DNA of 64,000 bases from Candidatus Omnitrophota bacterium. Lineage in GTDB: Bacteria > Omnitrophota > Gorgyraeia > Gygaellales > Profunditerraquicolaceae. Under the pieces are notes generated by a model. The model was not told the origin of the DNA, searched no databases, and saw only the letters and a list, made by a program, of their open reading frames with translations. The stretch lies in contig JBAZOC010000002.1 in assembly GCA_041648915.1 (NCBI GenBank), forward strand, positions 2,175 to 66,174, written 5' to 3'. This document shows positions 61,446 to 64,000 of the stretch, one piece after another. Each line of letters begins with the position of its first letter. The first letter of the stretch is position 1. Both the position numbers and the translations under genes were made by a program.

Positions 61446-62510
61446 ATGATATCTTGGATAAAGGAATTCCGGTTTTACCGGCATTTATTTAGATGGGGAA
61501 ATATAGGGGATGCTTTCAAGGATTATCTTTTATATTCCTTTGCCCAGGATAAGTGTAAAACCAACCTCCTGAGCCTGAATTTCCTGATTACTTCGATGTG
61601 CAATCTTGGATGCAGTATCTGCAGTTTTGGCAGTAATTTAAATTCTACAGATAACGGGATAACCCTTGAAGATTTTGAAAAATTTATAGGCAGGATATCC
61701 GGAAAAAATAAGCCTGTCCTATTTTTTAGCGGCGGAGAGCCTTTTCTTAGGGAGGATATATTTGATATTTTAAAGGTGGCCAAGAAACACGAATTTCAGT
61801 GTGGAGTTAATACGAACGGCACCTTGCTGGATGAGGTTAAGATTAACCGGTTAATTGAGCTAGGGGTTGAGCTGCTAATTTTTTCCATCTACGGCCCGCA
61901 GGATATTCATGATGCCCTAACTTCGGTAAAGGGGAGCTATGCGAAGATTTTAGAGGCCGTTCGTTTAACCTGCGCTCAAAAGACTAAGAAAACTAAAGTT
62001 ATTTTAAGCTCTACCATAACCCGCCAGGGCCTGGATACTTTAGAAACAATTCCTTCTCTCGCTAAAGGCCTGGGAGTTGATGCGGTTAAATTTGAGCATC
62101 TGAACTTTATCACTAGCCAAGAGCTTAGAAATAGGCGCCTGGGGACCCTGCTAACTGATGCTTATAATTCATCTGACGGCTTCAGCAGCAAACTGATTGA
62201 AAGATTGGCTAATATTAGGAAGAAGTACGGCAATTTTGTTTTAATCAAGCCTGATTTAAACAGCCAGGAAATAAAAAACTGGTATGCAGGGGAATTCCGC
62301 ACTAAAAGAAAGTGTTTTTTTATCTGGCATTCTCTTTTTATCCGCCCGGACGGCGTAGTTACTCCCTGTCAGTTTTTGCTCGATTATGAATTGGGCGCTA
62401 TCCAGAAACAAAGCCCGGAAGAGATTTTTAATAATACTAAGATTTTTGGTTTACGCAAGGCATTGCGCCGGGGGTTGCTTCCGGAATGCTGCCGTTGCTG
62501 CAAACTATAA
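61446..62510 (+). CDS. radical SAM protein with a SPASM/twitch-like Cys-rich C-terminus
   Basis: Cluster CNLGCSIC, then FFSGGEPFL, and C-terminal C...PC...CCRCC. Confidence 0.85.
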   Translation: MISWIKEFRFYRHLFRWGNIGDAFKDYLLYSFAQDKCKTNLLSLNFLITSMCNLGCSICSFGSNLNSTDNGITLEDFEKFIGRISGKNKPVLFFSGGEPFLREDIFDILKVAKKHEFQCGVNTNGTLLDEVKINRLIELGVELLIFSIYGPQDIHDALTSVKGSYAKILEAVRLTCAQKTKKTKVILSSTITRQGLDTLETIPSLAKGLGVDAVKFEHLNFITSQELRNRRLGTLLTDAYNSSDGFSSKLIERLANIRKKYGNFVLIKPDLNSQEIKNWYAGEFRTKRKCFFIWHSLFIRPDGVVTPCQFLLDYELGAIQKQSPEEIFNNTKIFGLRKALRRGLLPECCRCCKL

Positions 62511-62514
62511 CCCT

Positions 62515-64000
62515 ATGCAGATTAAGAAAAAATCATTTGTAGAAACAATAAAACTGCCCTGCCTAGTAATTTTCTGGAGTATTATTCTTTTCCATTTAAT
62601 AAATAATTACTTTTGGCTTAAATTCAGCACGGAAATAGCCGGGGATGATGTCAGTTGCCATCTTTTTTATCAGTTAAAGTTCTACAATATTTTTAAACAT
62701 ATTCTAAATAATGATCTACTTTCTTTTTCAATTAAATCCGGGCAGCTCCTGGAATTATTTAATACGCCGCTTTCTTACGTTGCGAATATCTACTGGCCGA
62801 ACTTGGTTTATTTTATTTCCTCTCTGTTTGGTTTATACGCGGGTAATTCATTATTTGTAGCCAGATTTTCCATGTTTGTTTTCCTTTTAGTTTTAATGCT
62901 CTCTACCTATTTTATCGCTAAAGATGCTTTGCATAAACAAGCGGGGCTGTTAGCGATGTTTCTGGTTTCTATGTATCCACTGGTTTTTGAAAGCTCAAGA
63001 CAATATTCCCTGGATTTGCCTTTAGCCGCCATGGTCGCACTGTCTATTTTTTTCATGCTCAGAACAGGCTATTTCGCCAATTCTTTTTACTCTCTACTTT
63101 TAGGTATTTCTGCCGGCCTGGCTCTATTAATGAAGGGGCAGTTCGTTTTATTTTTTATCTGGCCGTTGCTGTTGATCTTAAGTCGGTATATATTAAAAAA
63201 TAACCGGCCTTCATTGAAAGTTGTATTTAATATAAGCTTGTTTATACTTATCGCCCTATTAATCGCTTCGCTATGGTGGGGTAATAAAGTCGGCATGATT
63301 TTAAAGGGATTGCATACGCACCTGGCCAGCCGCCAAAAATTTTTGGAAAATCATGAAATAGGTGCTATTTATAGCCTGAAATTTTACCTTTACCATTTCA
63401 AATCGTTATTTTTCAATTCTATAGGTACCCTCCTGGCAATACCATTTTTTGCATCTTTATTTTATTTCCCGAAACTAAAAATCAAATATAAGATTATTCT
63501 TTTAACGTGGATAGTTATACCCTTTATTTTATTCTCCTGTTTTTTTGTAATTAAACATGACCGGTTTTTAATGCCGCTCTTACCTCCCGTAGCGATATTA
63601 TCTTCTTGCGCTATCTGGCATATAAAGAACAGGAAAGTAAGGGCTTTATTATTATCGTTATTGATTAGCGTAGCGATAATTATTTATTTTGCTTTTTCTT
63701 ATTTCTACTTATATTGCCCAAAGCGACATTGTATTCGGATAGGGCAGGAGACAATATTAACCGGAGTTAAATCATCTTCCTACGGGACCCGGTTTGCTTA
63801 CGATTCTGAAAAAATAAAGTTGACCAAAGAAGCAGTGGAGATAATAGCTAAAGATTACGGAGGCAGGAATAACTGCAGGATAGGCACAATAGTATCTTCC
63901 GGGCATATGAATAGTTATGAAACCATTTATTGGCTATACTATTGGAATAGTGAACTATATGTTGCAGATTGGCTGGAGCCATACTACTCTTTTTATGAAA
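62515..64000 (+). CDS. GT39/ArnT-like polytopic membrane glycosyltransferase; 3' end cut by the window edge
   Basis: Not in the ORF track because it has no stop. I translated from ATG 62515 by hand and the frame stays open to 64000. Many hydrophobic helices. Confidence 0.65.
   Translation, partial: MQIKKKSFVETIKLPCLVIFWSIILFHLINNYFWLKFSTEIAGDDVSCHLFYQLKFYNIFKHILNNDLLSFSIKSGQLLELFNTPLSYVANIYWPNLVYFISSLFGLYAGNSLFVARFSMFVFLLVLMLSTYFIAKDALHKQAGLLAMFLVSMYPLVFESSRQYSLDLPLAAMVALSIFFMLRTGYFANSFYSLLLGISAGLALLMKGQFVLFFIWPLLLILSRYILKNNRPSLKVVFNISLFILIALLIASLWWGNKVGMILKGLHTHLASRQKFLENHEIGAIYSLKFYLYHFKSLFFNSIGTLLAIPFFASLFYFPKLKIKYKIILLTWIVIPFILFSCFFVIKHDRFLMPLLPPVAILSSCAIWHIKNRKVRALLLSLLISVAIIIYFAFSYFYLYCPKRHCIRIGQETILTGVKSSSYGTRFAYDSEKIKLTKEAVEIIAKDYGGRNNCRIGTIVSSGHMNSYETIYWLYYWNSELYVADWLEPYYSFYE

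Noticed and set aside
52384-62510. Reading the AsnB + B12-rSAM + SPASM-rSAM + ABC transporter set as a lasso-peptide or proteusin-type RiPP cluster
   Set aside because: There is no plausible precursor with a leader/core organisation. The transporter is an ABC-2 Wzm/Wzt pair and the block is interleaved with GT2, GT4, GT39 and carbamoyltransferase genes, so a glycan substrate is more parsimonious. This is not formally excluded.

Overview
All supported genes in this 64-kb window (about 75 CDS and 6 tRNAs) lie on the + strand, and I found no transposase, integrase, CRISPR array or rRNA. The gene content points to an anaerobic, diderm (LPS-bearing) bacterium, probably from an uncultivated lineage; taxonomy cannot be fixed without a database search. 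The window has three sections. (1) 1-23.4 kb is housekeeping: tkt', ispE, spoVG, tRNA-Gln, glmU, prs, rplY/ctc, pth, rpsF-ssb-rpsR-rplI-dnaB, bamA-skp-lpxD-lpxC/fabZ-lpxA-lpxI, archease-rtcB, and serS with three tRNA-Ser genes and an alpha-glucan phosphorylase. (2) 23.5-41.1 kb is accessory. It holds a methyltransferase, a ThDP decarboxylase, and a candidate RiPP pair (a 36-aa Lys-rich peptide plus a radical-SAM/SPASM enzyme). It also holds a ~13-kb same-strand locus that opens with a Fur-family regulator and appears dedicated to metallocluster or iron handling: 2 NifX-like, 2 MinD-ferredoxin ATPases, 2 DUF5320-like, ferritin-like, IscU-like, radical SAM, DUF89, Rrf2, MBL, a His-motif membrane protein, HypA-like, and a CoA-binding/CoADR-like pair. 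(3) 41.2-64 kb is a tightly coupled glycan-tailoring and export locus: carbamoyltransferase, AsnB, GT2/GT4, two GT39 enzymes and Wzm/Wzt, with four radical-SAM cores in three ORFs. The strongest lead is a ~230-aa module that I cannot assign to any named family. It is repeated four times in the tail of the 1139-aa Wzt ABC ATPase and occurs once more at the N-terminus of the adjacent 1152-aa protein, which fuses a B12-binding radical-SAM domain to a second radical-SAM/SPASM-like domain. This suggests radical-SAM modification of a polymer is coupled to its export. Secondary leads are an MPR(G/R)D..GP N-terminal motif shared by the Fur regulator and both DUF5320-like proteins, GC-rich palindromic repeats expanded in frame inside ispE, and tRNAs wedged within a few nt of flanking CDSs. 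All functional calls rest on motif recognition by eye; no searches were run.
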